Below are positions 13,751 to 25,578 of a stretch of 64,000 nucleotides of DNA, one piece after another (the first letter of the stretch is position 1; each line of letters opens with the position of its first letter). The notes below the pieces were generated by a model. The model did not search any database, was not told the origin of the DNA, and worked only from the letters and a program-made list of their open reading frames with translations. Made by a program: the position numbers and the translations under genes. The DNA is from Paragordius varius (Eukaryota > Animalia > Nematomorpha): NCBI GenBank assembly GCA_964247055.1, contig OZ176057.1, positions 4,216,001 through 4,280,000 on the forward strand, written 5' to 3'.

Positions 13751-15251
13751 AAATTTACCAAAATTTGTAAGTAAATAAACCTTTAAATTAAAATTCTCAA
13801 CCTATAGTAATGTTCAATATCATCGAATTATTTAGAAATTATTATATCTTAAAGTAACCGTAAGCTTCAACATATCTCAAATTTGTTTATGCAAAAAAAT
13901 ATGAAAACTAATAAAAATTAAAGTTAAGGAAAAAATAAAGAATATCATACCTCCCACCTAATGAGTATAGAAAACGTAAAAACCCTTAATTTTTTAATAG
14001 GAAAAAAGGTTATTTTGAAATCATATGCCATAAATAACAAATTTTATATAATATGTTACGGGAATAAAAATTTTCATATAATTTTCCGGTAGATAATTAT
14101 AACAAAAAATGAACTTTCTAAACTTGTTCAAATTTATTAAAAAATCATAAATTAACTTTGTTAATTTTAAATTTTAAGCCACCTATTTTTGCTAAAGCCC
14201 TGATTGAAAGAGCCATTAGCCAGAATCTTAGGGTGAGGAGTCCGAGATTTATGGTTTCGCTACTGCGCGAAAGTCTGTAATCCTAAGTTTTATGTATGAT
14301 TCGAGCAAAATATAAAATATTATCCAATTAAAAATAGGCCAATCTTAGTTTTTTACCGCAAAATAAAACATTTCTTTACAAATTATGGGATTATTTATAC
14401 AGAGAGTACTATATTCTAAAATATTTCTTTTTTATAAAATAAGAAAATTTTTTTTTAATTTCAAAAAGAAGTACAAAAGTGGGCGCAGTACAGGCGCAGT
14501 TTTTTCTGAAAACCCAGTACTGTACTGCGAAAAGCAGCCTATCTGGTCACATTATTTTACAGTAATTGTAAATTATATAGCCAACTAAATCTTATTCAAT
14601 TATTTCATACAATAAAGTTCTTTATTCCTCTGTTATAATTAGTACCAATTAAAAACGCAATGTTATTCAATTTTCAAATTGTTTTAGCTAAGATAATAAA
14701 TTAATTTTTTAAAGTTAGGAAGCCATCATAACTTTTAAAAACAGCTCCGTTTGGTTTTTAATTTATTTTTAATATCTTATTTCTAATTATTCATTTTTAA
14801 TTTTTGTCTTTACCATTTTTCCTTTTTAAAAGCACATGTACAAAATTTTTTTCAGCCCCTAGATTCAGCAGGTAGGTCTTGACATATCATAAAAAACTCC
14901 ATTGTAGTACGTCTTTAAAATACACCCTTTTTTGAAAACATCAAAGCAATTCGACATTTTATTTTTCGGTACAGTTATTTTAGTTACAAATATAAACACT
15001 AACAATGTATCTTAAAGTTTAAAACATACATTCTTATATAATATATATATATATATATAATATATATATATAGATTATTTATGCCCTTAAGACAAGGATA
15101 TTACTTTAAAATCGTTTACAACTTTCTCGGAAATAAGGAAATGACGGTACTCTAAAGTTATAAAATTTATCTAGTAACTTTATATTTAGTTTTTATAAAT
15201 TTTTGTAAATTTTTTAGAATTTTTTTTAAGTTTAAAAAACATATCGGGACA

Positions 15252-17755
15252 ATGAAATCATTTTTAACCCTTCTCGTTATGGTTATAAGTTGCTGTATGT
15301 TTGAAACTACGAATGCCACCTACTGCTCATCAGGTAATCGTATATATTTAATTTAATAATTTTATAATTTTCCAAAAAAGTGGTTTTATTAAACTTGAAA
15401 AAATTATTCGTAATTTATATTTTATTTCACAAAATAGCGGGGTGTGCTACCCATATACGACGGGATTGTCAGGGTGTCCAATGTGGAAACATTTGTAAAT
15501 GACTTGTTATTAATATTTTGTTAAATAACTAAACCATCTTTTTATAATGTTCAACATTTAAAATTATTTCATACATTTTTTGATCCAGTGGTAGCAGTGC
15601 CATGTGCAAACGGAAATTGTGGTAAGTTTTTAAATATTGTATTTTCGTATACAATTTATCAACCTGTGTATTACTTATTTATTCTATTAAATCAAACATT
15701 TTATTATTTATTTCCTTGTACAATTTTACCTTTACTGAATAAAAATACAAAAATATTTTAATATATACTGTCCTTTTTATTAGCCAATGTTGTTACGAAG
15801 AAACCAGAAACGACGCCACCACCTTCCTCTGTCCAGCCACCAAATTGTAATATTTTTAATATATATATATATATATATATTAATGTAAAAAAATAGAATA
15901 ATTTAATAATTTGTCAAATCTTTTATGTGCTGTATTTTTTCTTTAGACGTATTAGTACCAATGCAATCTTATCCACGTAAGTTTCAATATGATACTGTAT
16001 TTCAAATTTAAAAATATTTTTTTTTATAAATAATATAATAAAACGCGGTAATCTTTGTAAACTGTTTGGCTGATAGGTTCCTTTTTTATTTTTAATTAAA
16101 TTTTTGTGATCAAAATTTACTTTTTAATTTTATAATATAATTTTCATAAATCTGAATCTCTGTTAATTAAATTCAGTATTTAAAATGTATAATTGTTAAC
16201 AGTTCAATATTGTAAAGCATTAACCGTTCAAATAAAAATTCAACATATTATTAAATGGATATTAAAGTCATATCATAAATATTATCAAAGCCAGGTGTTT
16301 CCAACACAAATGGCTTCGTGGGCCTCATTTCTGAATCGAAAAATCCGACTAGCCATATTAGCAAAAAATATGGGTCATAACATATATTTTAAATGATTAA
16401 TATGAATTAAAAAAATATTATTTATTTTATTTGCTTGCGAAAATTCGGAAAAACCTGATAGAATAATTTGTTAAATAAAACCAAATTTTAAGATTACGTA
16501 AATTGAGATTTTTCGCGGGCTGTAAATCTATTTTGTAATATTGAATGCAACCCAAGGGCCACCTTCTGCCACCCTTGATTTACGGCCATGTTATATATGT
16601 ATGATTTATAAACAAATATATCATTGGTTTAAAATGTCATGTAAAAAAGTTACAGCTTTCAGCCAAAAATATTTAAAAGTTAACCCAAAATTTAATTTTA
16701 TCTCCATAAAATAGGCTTACACGGCCTCAAAAAATTGTGGCTACGCACAAAATTTAAAAAATACCAAATATATATGAAATTTCCTAAAAATGCATGCAAT
16801 GCCATTTACAAAATTTGGGAACATGTTTTGTTAAAAATTCTAAATAAGTTTTTTCACATTTTGGGAAAAAACTAACATTGGCGAATGTTAATTTGGTGTT
16901 GTAAATTTTTTACTCTCGTTGGAAAACCTTTTAAACCAACATTCATTCCCAAAAATATTTTTCGAATTTAGCCCGCTACGCGAGGGTTGGGCATCCCTAG
17001 TCTATTTAGAAATATAATATTCGCTTTGTAAGTTTTAAGGCTTAATCAAAAATTTGGCTAAAACATGATTATCTATATAACATTAGTTACTCACTCCCTA
17101 CTTAATTTTAATCATATGCCATTTTTACATTAAATCAAAAGAATAAAATATAGTTTTTCAGAGGTGGTCGAATAATTCACATAACCTTAAACAATTAGCA
17201 TGAAAGAATCTCGCATTTTTATATCCAAAATAATGTTTGATTAACAAATTTCATAAAAAGCGCCGAACTTTTATTTTTGGAGATTTGGCACTTTAATTTA
17301 AAACTATCAAACTAATTGAATGTGCTTATACATCCCCTTTTGATTTCAACGAAAGTTTTTGAAAAAACATATCATTTCCGATTCTAAGCTGGAATTTATC
17401 CATATCCAGAAATATCTGGAAATTGACATATTCTTTGGTACTCTGTAATAAATTATATTTATTAACCAATCCCTTTTTATTTTTTTTCTAAGTAATTCTA
17501 ACCTTTATATCGATATCCTTACTAGCCTATTTTAATAATGTTTGTTACAACATATATATATTTTTCTGATTTAGCTGCCCAAAAGCCCATAATACAGCAA
17601 GGTAACATTTTGCTTTATCATAAAAACATTACCAAAAATAAAAAAAGTACATGCAGAGGAATAGGTCAAATACAATAATAATTGATATTATACTGACAAA
17701 ACTTAAAAATATAACGACAATATTTTTTCTAGATGACAACCATACTAAATCTTGA
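15252..17755 (+). CDS. Micro-exon gene A (short model, 104 aa): secreted Cys-rich peptide with Pro-rich linker
   Basis: Exons 15252-15333, 15438-15494, 15589-15621, 15784-15846, 15947-15976, 17575-17601 and candidate terminal exon 17733-17755, all with GT-AG boundaries and phase-1 introns. Translation: MKSFLTLLVMVISCCMFETTNATYCSS|AGCATHIRRDCQGVQCGNI|LVAVPCANGNC|ANVVTKKPETTPPPSSVQPPN|YVLVPMQSYP|PAQKPIIQQ|DDNHTKS*. The N-terminus is signal-peptide-like, and the mature part has C-x4-C-x7-C-x4-C-x8-C-x4-C. Exons 1-6 are well supported; the terminal exon is less certain. Confidence 0.75.
16292..16998. mobile_element. Possible decayed hAT-type non-autonomous element in intron 5 of gene A
   Basis: Begins CAGGTGTTTCCAAC..GTGGGCC and ends GCCCGC..GGGTTGGGCATCCCTA, a degenerate inverted terminus. 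Internal CGCGGGCTG and GGGCCAC motifs. Explains why this intron is 1.6 kb. No target-site duplication confirmed. Confidence 0.35.
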
Positions 17756-18450
17756 TTCTTTTAAACTGCAAAATATAAAATAGAGAGAGAAATTGGTAAA
17801 AATTCAATATGTAATTTACGATATTAATAGATTTTTGTTGGATAATTATAGATCAAAAAAGTATGGCAGTCTTATGAAAAAAAAATTTGATTTTTAAATT
17901 TATATTTACCCATATTATTTCAATTTTTACTGTACTAATCTAACCCCAATTCTAGATTGCATGATTATCAATTTTTGTTAAAATTGTATTTAGGGGTGGT
18001 AAATTTTTCAGCATTAAATAAAAGGCATATTTTATATTAAATTTGTTTTTATACCGTTTCCAACAATAAAAATATCGAAAATCATCTTTACTTAAGGTAA
18101 AGCAATTTTAAAAAAATGATCAAATATCAAGATTTATGATTGTTGCTGAATCCCGGTTTGCTTATTTTGAGTAGCTCTTTAATTTAAATCCAAAATTGTA
18201 ACAAATAACTGATTCTATAAAATAAAATTTTAACCTTATTTAGATTTTTACCATAAAATTGAGATAATTAAGCGTGAACCCCAAAATTTGTGTGAATAAA
18301 TATATACAAAGTATTTTTTATAACTATCCATACACTGTGCGATTGAGAAAATTTTATTTTTTTACAAAAAAATAAGAAATTTGCACAGATTGCGACTAGA
18401 ATCGATTATTTTTTTTAGAAACCTAATAATTATTATAAAAATTATGGCAG

Positions 18451-20250
18451 GCTGTACTGGCTATGGGTGTCCGTGCTCAGGACCTTTGTGCAATCAGGGT
18501 AAACGCATTTTTAATATAAATATATGTAAAATTAATTTATCTTGTTTAAATGTGTATTACACTTTTAAATATAGGAAATTATGTATCAGAATACCAAGCC
18601 CCAGGTAAAACCAAAGTTATTAATTTAGGATAAATACTTTTAATTTATTGAAATGAAAACAATTATATTTTTATAAAAAAAAATTAAAATTTTATATCGC
18701 ATCATGATAATTATGTTGGTAATATATTGGATTAAGTCAAAATATATATTTTCTATTCACTTGATCCCGGAATACTTATTAAAATTAAAAGTAAAATGGT
18801 AGTAACACTAATAATGAATGATTTTATTATTACAGTAAATTCCTAATTACATAATAAACCTGATTGTGGAAATATGGGGTATAAAGAGCTTTTCTAATAT
18901 GTAAAAAACAATAAATGGTGTCTTACTTTAAAAAAAATTATCGTATTGGCCTTATACAAAAATCGGAATCTCATTATTTATTATATATTGTTGTTTTGTG
19001 GGTAGGGTTGTGCAGACCAATCATGACCAATTTTTAATATAAATATATGTAAAATTAATTTATCTTGTTTAAATGTGTATTACACTTTTAAATATAGGAT
19101 ATTATGTATCAGGATATCAAGGGCCAAAAATTAAAAATATTAATATTGGTTAGATCCTTTATTTATTGGATCAATTATTTTTTAAAAAAATCAAAATTGA
19201 CATCATGATAATTATGTTGGCAATATGTTTTAAGGCAAAATAAATATTTTCCATTCACTTAATCGCGGAATACCTACTAAAATTAAAGAAGAATGACAGT
19301 AACACTTATAATGAATGATTTTATTATTATAATGACGATTGTGGAAATATCTATTGGGGTATAAAGAGCTTTTCTGATAAATAAATATAAAAATAATATA
19401 TAAAAGTGTTTAGTTTAAATTATTTAAATACTAATTATATCTAATATTATAAATTGCAAAAAACAGTTAATAAAATAGTGTCTTAATTTAAAACAATTTT
19501 TGTGGCCCATACAAAAAATCGGAAATCTCATTATTTATTATATATTGTTTTTTTGTGGGGTAAACAAAAATATTTTCATATTAGTTGTCCGAAAAACTCA
19601 TAAACCAAAGAAACACCAAGGTAACATTTTTTTAATTTATTCGTGATTGATAAAAAGCATTTTCCAATTATATATATATATATATATATATTAAATTTAG
19701 CCCACGAATATTTCGATTGACATTTTTAATGTAGAATATTTAATAAAACTTATTGATTAAATTAGTTTAAATTCTGACAGGGTCTGAACGGTGTGCGATA
19801 TTCAAAAAAATATATTTTCGCCTATATTTTTTGTCCCTATTTTACTTTAACGTTAAACTCTAATAAAAAGAAATTTGGGGTAGCTATAGCTTTTTAAAAA
19901 TATTTATTTATTTGTTAAATCTCTTATTAAAAAAACCCAATGAGAACCATTATAGTTACAAATTTATACGGTAAGTTAACTCTTTATACGAGTTAATTAA
20001 ACAATCTTATATTGTTTTTTTATAGTATTTGACCCCTAATCTGAACTAAAAAAGGCACAAGACCCCAAAAATACACACTTTTAAATATTTAAACAATTTA
20101 CGAATCAATTTTCTTGATAATAGAGAAGCAAAAATCTTTTATAATTTAAAATTACACTATATATATTAATTATAATTTTGCAGGATACTGTAATGGCTAC
20201 GATTGCGCCCCCTGCACAAAAAATTGCTTTAAATTGAAACACATAAGTAT

Positions 20251-20287
<37 letters not shown>

Positions 20288-21470
20288 ATATTAACTTTTA
20301 AAAAAATCAATTACTTTATCGATAAATCATATGTTAATTTTTTAAAGTCAACCACCATGAAATATTTGTAGTTTAAAACTTTTAAACATAATTATATTAA
20401 TTTAGAATGCGATGAAGATTGCCAATACAAAAGAGGTATATTTTATTACAAGTTCGATTATTTCACTTGATACGGTATAAGAAATAATTTAATTTATAAA
20501 GGAGTCTAAAAAGAATTGTGGGTCGCATTTTTATTTAAAAAAACAACTAGCATACATATTAACGTATGGGCATAATGTTAGTTGGTTGCCATAATATAAT
20601 TATCGTTTAAGAGTATCTATTTAACTGCACCATTTTCAATTGAAAGCAAAACTTATTTAACTAAACGCAACATTTTTTTAAGCAAACTGAACAATTTAAA
20701 TTCTGTTTGGTTTTACCAAAAATTAAAGAGATTTAATTTAAAATATGATAATATTTATTATACAACATTTTTCAATTAAAATCAAATATTAACACGCAAC
20801 GTTTCTTTAACAACGGAATGATTCCGTTTTAAAGATATGTTGCGTTTGGTTTAAAGAATGTCGTTTTTGACTGAAAATATGTATAAATGTTTAATAGCAG
20901 AAAACTAATAATTGGTTATTCTCCAAATGTTCGTGGCCGCATAGCCACATTATTAGACAATACCCCCGATTTAAAAATTCCCAAGAATAAAAAAATTTTA
21001 CTTGCATACTTACATCAGTATTCAGTTATAAGCCGTCCATCTATTTTTTAATTTTAAATAAAATTATTATATATTTAAATGTAAACTGCAAATGTAATTA
21101 ACATTTTTAAAAATATATATATATATATATATTATATAAAAAAACCCAAAATATTTTTGAGAATAAAATGATACGATTCTAAAGATAAGGAGTATCACAA
21201 TCAATAATTTTTCATGTATTTACTTTAGGATATATTTCTTTTATTTTATAAACAGTTATGAAACACTGCGAATCCCATTATTGTGAATGTATGTATTATC
21301 CATATATTTTTATTTAAAAAAAAATGATTTTATTTGCTGTCAATTGGCAAATAATTTATAATTTACTATAACCATTGAAACATTCAAACATGAATATATC
21401 TATTATTATAGTCGATTACTGTGACGATTATCACTGCCAATTTAGGAAAGGAAGTAGGTATTTTACATAA
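18451..21470 (+). CDS. Cys/Tyr/His-rich micro-exon cluster B, most likely the continuation of gene A (long model 15252-21470, 196 aa)
   Basis: Exons 18451-18498 (GCTGYGCPCSGPLCNQ), 18575-18604 (GNYVSEYQAP), 19585-19620 (VVRKTHKPKKHQ), 20184-20246 (GYCNGYDCAPCTKNCFKLKHI), 20406-20435 (KCDEDCQYKR), 21256-21288 (VMKHCESHYCE) and 21412-21453 (FDYCDDYHCQFRKG). The last either splices at GAA|GTAGGT 21454 or reads on SRYFT to TAA 21468-21470. All are GT-AG, symmetric phase 1 and open when joined. No signal-peptide exon was found between 17756 and 18450. Confidence 0.7.
18507..19562 (+). repeat. Tandem duplication of a ~500-530-bp intron-exon-intron unit (18507-19004 and 19030-19562)
   Basis: The first 70 nt are identical (18507-18576 = 19030-19099) and the remainder is collinear but diverged. 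It contains exon 18575-18604 and its paralog starting at 19098. Confidence 0.92.
20255..20282. repeat. (AT)14 microsatellite just inside intron after exon 20184-20246
   Basis: Read directly from the sequence. Confidence 0.95.
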
Positions 21471-21814
21471 TTAAAGTTTTTAATTGTTAATACCATGATA
21501 TGATAAAGTAGAAAATCAAGTCAAGCGAAAATTAAATTTTATCAGACAAAAAAGTTTTCTTATTTTTTTTAATATAACCAAGGTGGGGGGTGAAAATAGA
21601 ACTAATGAATGTTTTAATGTTACATAATTTAATTTTACTCTTGAATTTCAATGTCAATGCAATGCAATTTTAATTTTTAAAAATGATTATATTTCAATTT
21701 TGATACAAAATATTAATATAATTTATTATAAAATGAAACAAATTTTTTTTTATACATAATACAATATACATATAACACTCTGTGCAAAAAAGACGGTTAA
21801 TTTTTTTTAACAAA

Positions 21815-22795
21815 AAATTTTCATGAGATAGCTAATGACCATTGACATCATATGCTACAAAAATTTTAAGTTTACTTTTGAAATATTAAGAAAATATCGA
21901 AATCGGGAAAAAAGTGAATTAAGGATAATTAAGGATAATTCAAAAAAATAAAGTTGAGATATTATGGTTGATTATCATTTTAGGAGACATTAACTATATA
22001 AAAATAGCCTATAATCATAAATAGAGTTTCTATAAAATTTATGATGAAAAGAAAAAAAATCGAATGAAACCTATTAAAATATTTATTTTAATTTTTACTA
22101 GCTAAACTCCTATTATAATCTTAACATTAATATTTTTCATTAAAAAACTTCTATATCAAAATAAACTCAAAAGTATTGTTTTTTATTTTTTTATTTTTTT
22201 GTCAGTTTATGAATATATAAAAAATTTATACTGTTTTATTTTGGAATCTTACATAAGTGGGAGTTAAGTATATAATTTATGCAAAATTGGATTTAAAAGG
22301 TTGAATATCAACCAACAATCCGTATAAATCCCTGTAACAGGTTTTGTTAACATAAATTAATATTTATACTGGGATATGTACGATTATTTGGTTGATTTTC
22401 CACTACTTTCCTATTTTGCATAAATTGTATACCTTATAACTTTCCATGTAAGATTCCAAAATAAAACAGTATAAATTTTTTATACGCTCATAAAAAAGTG
22501 AGTTTAGCTAGTTAATAAATAAAAAACTATTATATAGTTTCATTAAGTTTTTTTTAAGTGTGTTAAAAGAAAAACGCCATCTTTTAAAATGAGATTTTAT
22601 AGAAACGTCATTTATATGATTTTAGGCTCTTTTTATATAGAAGATATCTCCTAAAATAATAATCAACCATAATATCTCAAATATCATTATTTTTTGAATT
22701 GACCTTAATTTTCACTTTTTGCCCGATGATTTTTTCTTAAAAATTTTTACGGCAAATGAAACCGCTGGTGAAGCTATGTCACGAAAATTTTTTAT
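21815..22795. mobile_element. Palindromic (foldback/MITE-like) non-autonomous element, family 1, copy 2
   Basis: Perfect 36-bp inverted repeat 22219-22254 / 22446-22481, inner AATTTATGCAAAAT / ATTTTGCATAAATT, outer TTTTCATGAGATAGCT / AGCTATGTCACGAAAA. The central loop matches copy 1 in reverse orientation. Confidence 0.78.
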
Positions 22796-22858
22796 CTTTT
22801 TTTTCACAATTTAGAACGTAGGAAAAACAAAATAAGCGACATCGATTTCAAAAGAGAA

Positions 22859-25578
22859 ATGAAGAAAATGATTATTGGTATTTATTATTATAATTATATT
22901 TTTATCAAATTTATACTAATGATTAATTTTATCATTATTAATATTATAATATAGCATTGTTTATAAAACTTCTACAACCAAGGCTAATCGCCGAATCCAA
23001 TCAACGTATTAAAATTCATTTACTAAATATAGTTAAAAAATTTTCTAATAAATTTTGTATTGTAAAAATGTTTTAGTTTTCTCAGTCTTATCATCGTTTA
23101 ATTTAAAAATTAAAATGTAAATATTCCAATTTATTTATAATGTCAGATTCCCCTTCAAATACTCTACCCTATGCCACCGTAGGTATAAAAACATTTTTTT
23201 ATTTCTTTGAATTAGGTTTTCTTAAAACTTATAAAACGATCTTTATAAACTAAACATTACATTTAAATCAGTGGTACACAAGAAAAAATTTTAAAGAGCG
23301 AAATTTTTTTTATTTTGTCTCCAGGCATGCACCATATAATACCAAGAAAATATTAATAGCTGTTATACTTTAAATAATTCACATAAAACAGGATTTTGAG
23401 TACTGGGATTTAATATCACTGATTTAAATACTCTGCTATTTTCTAAAAGATGTATAATTTTTCAGGCAATTTTTTTGATAAAAATACTCTTAATATACTT
23501 TTCTTTAATCTTTATATACGCTTTATGCAGCTTCAGCGCCATCTGTGAATGCAAACTTTGTGCAAAGTAAACAATATTTTAATAAAATTGACATTATATC
23601 TCTTATTTGAAATTGAAACAAATTTAATTGGTCCCAAAATTTATAAATATTTATAAATAATATTTTAGGGTAGGAAGGGTAAAATAGCTGGAGAACTAAC
23701 AGTTTGGTTTCAAAAACATTTTCACAATAACAATATTTTATAACTGGCGGACTTGTAAATATTGATTTAATATAAATCTAAATTTTTTCATATCACTTTA
23801 TAAAACGGTTTTAGTAAATTAACTAACAATCATAAGTTAACTGTGCTGCAAATTTTTAATTTTTAGCTATTTGAGACATAAAACTTGTTTAAATAAAATT
23901 TTCTAATATTTTTTCGTTTTGACGTACCAATGTGTTTTTTATATGATAGTTCTTTGAAAATGGTTATTCCGAAATCGCTTGCGGTTTCGGAAATTTTGGT
24001 TTTGCTGTTTATAGCTTATTTTTGCCAAAAATGGGTGTGGCAGTTTACGCTTGACATATTAAGCAGGTGGGTAGCCTAATTTGGATAGAGTCTCGTATTA
24101 TTAGTTTTTTGACTCAGATTCGAAACATAAGAACTACTTTAAATGTTTAGGTCGGTTAAGCTTAAAAGAGAATAAATATGTCATAATATGTATAAATTTT
24201 CCTCAGATGTTTAAATTAAATTATGAGTGCTAGTCATGCTTGAATTACCCACCAATAATATCTGGTTTTTGAATATCATAAAAAGCAGTCATTGCACACT
24301 GAAATATCCAGTTTAGTTAAATTAAAGCAGAAAAAATGCGTTTATTATATATAATATATATATATATATATTTATTGGTAGAAGAATATATTAGAGTACA
24401 GAGCATATATCTAAAAGGCTAATGAAACATAAGCTAAATAATTTTTATGAAAATATTTTACGAATTAAATTAAATTTAATTTTCTGTAATAGTTTTGAAA
24501 AAGCATTAATATATTTATTATCTAATTAAAACATTCCATCAAATTATCTTAATTTCGCCAAAAATTATAAAATATTATAAAACTTTGTCCAGAACTTCAC
24601 TAAGAACATGTTGGAAAATGGCTTGATTGGTTTCATAAATTCAGTTTTCTGCCATGACATTATTACGAAAGAGATGTGCTAAAATAATTTAAGAGAAATT
24701 AAGTTATAAAAATTTTTTGTAATTGTTATTTCTTATCTATTTCAATAAGAAATAAATTACAATTGTTTGTATAAAGATTTATATTTGACCCAAAATTATT
24801 ATCGCATTATCTAAGTCAATATGTTTTTCATTATTTATTGCCAGATAGCATATAAAGCATATGCAACCTTGACCGTTAGTTATATTTTTCCTTTTTAAAA
24901 CTATTATAAAAAACTATTTGCTGCATATTCTATCTGTTAATATTCGATCAACATTGGCAATGAATTTTTTTTATCAAATAAAGTATTTTTCAATAAATAT
25001 TTAATATAGGTCTATTAGAAAAGTTTGGTTCTAAGAAGACACAAACAAATGGTATTTAACTTTAATAATTGATATACATATACAGATAAACACTAAACTA
25101 AACATATTTTTTTAGATGTTCCAAGTTTATTGGCTGGACTTGGTATAAATCATTTTCATATATACATACAAATATATAAGTATGAGTAAGTATAAATTTT
25201 TTTATGAATCATGCCAAACATATTAATTAATAAAACATTTGACATGTATACTTACTTATAATGTAAAACTATTCAAATTCACCCCTGAACAATTCAAATT
25301 CCCCCTCAAATAAATTATAAGTTTTTTAAGATTAGGAATTACCTATATTTTTATTTTAAAAATAAATTTTGTTATAAAAAAAACCATTCCATAAAGATAT
25401 ATTTTATACTAATAATGAGTTATATTAGTTCGAAAACAGATAATTTTTTACGGTGAATTTGAATCGGTGAATTTGAACTGTTATATGGTACATATACAAA
25501 TCGTTTTCCAGTTAAATAAAGCTCCCAGTGAATCTAAAAAATTTTTTAGCCAATCGTAACGTTTTCCCACTAATTTAA
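22859..25578 (+). CDS. Micro-exon cluster C: either a separate ~79-aa gene or further exons of the A/B transcript
   Basis: Candidate first exon 22859-22877 (MKKMII, donor G|GTATTT), then 22955-23005 (ALFIKLLQPRLIAESNQ), 23147-23182 (HSPSNTLPYATV), 23531-23566 (ASAPSVNANFVQ), 25010-25051 (SLLEKFGSKKTQTN), 25116-25142 (DVPSLLAGL) and terminal 25550-25578 (ANRNVFPLI*). All introns are phase 1. The last four exons are supported by frame-preserving divergence from their duplicates. The start exon is uncertain because 21453 can also splice in frame to 22955. Confidence 0.58.

Noticed and set aside
1873-14588. Short ORFs at 1873, 4927, 5309, 9625, 10733, 12500, 13068, 13240 and 14385
   Set aside because: 60-78 aa, F/I/K/L/N-rich translations typical of AT-rich non-coding DNA. 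Several lie in repeat remnants and several start at non-ATG codons.
18381-18608. 75-aa ORF as an independent gene
   Set aside because: It starts at TTG and reads through a 76-nt AT-rich intron. Only 18451-18498 is coding in that frame, and exon 18575-18604 is in a different frame.
20348-20367. Candidate exon INHHEIF between 20246 and 20406
   Set aside because: It is 20 nt, shifts the frame away from the Cys reading, and would leave a 38-nt intron.
23531-23566. Alternative phase-2 reading of cluster C (TFSAICECKLCA)
   Set aside because: It is Cys-rich and tempting, but the paralog 26691-26723 has TGA in that frame, and substitutions are synonymous only in the phase-1 frame.
24044-24066. Conserved block ending in CAG|GTGGGT in both duplicated units
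   Set aside because: It is 23 nt and not frame-preserving, and the acceptor is absent in copy 2. More likely repeat-derived sequence.
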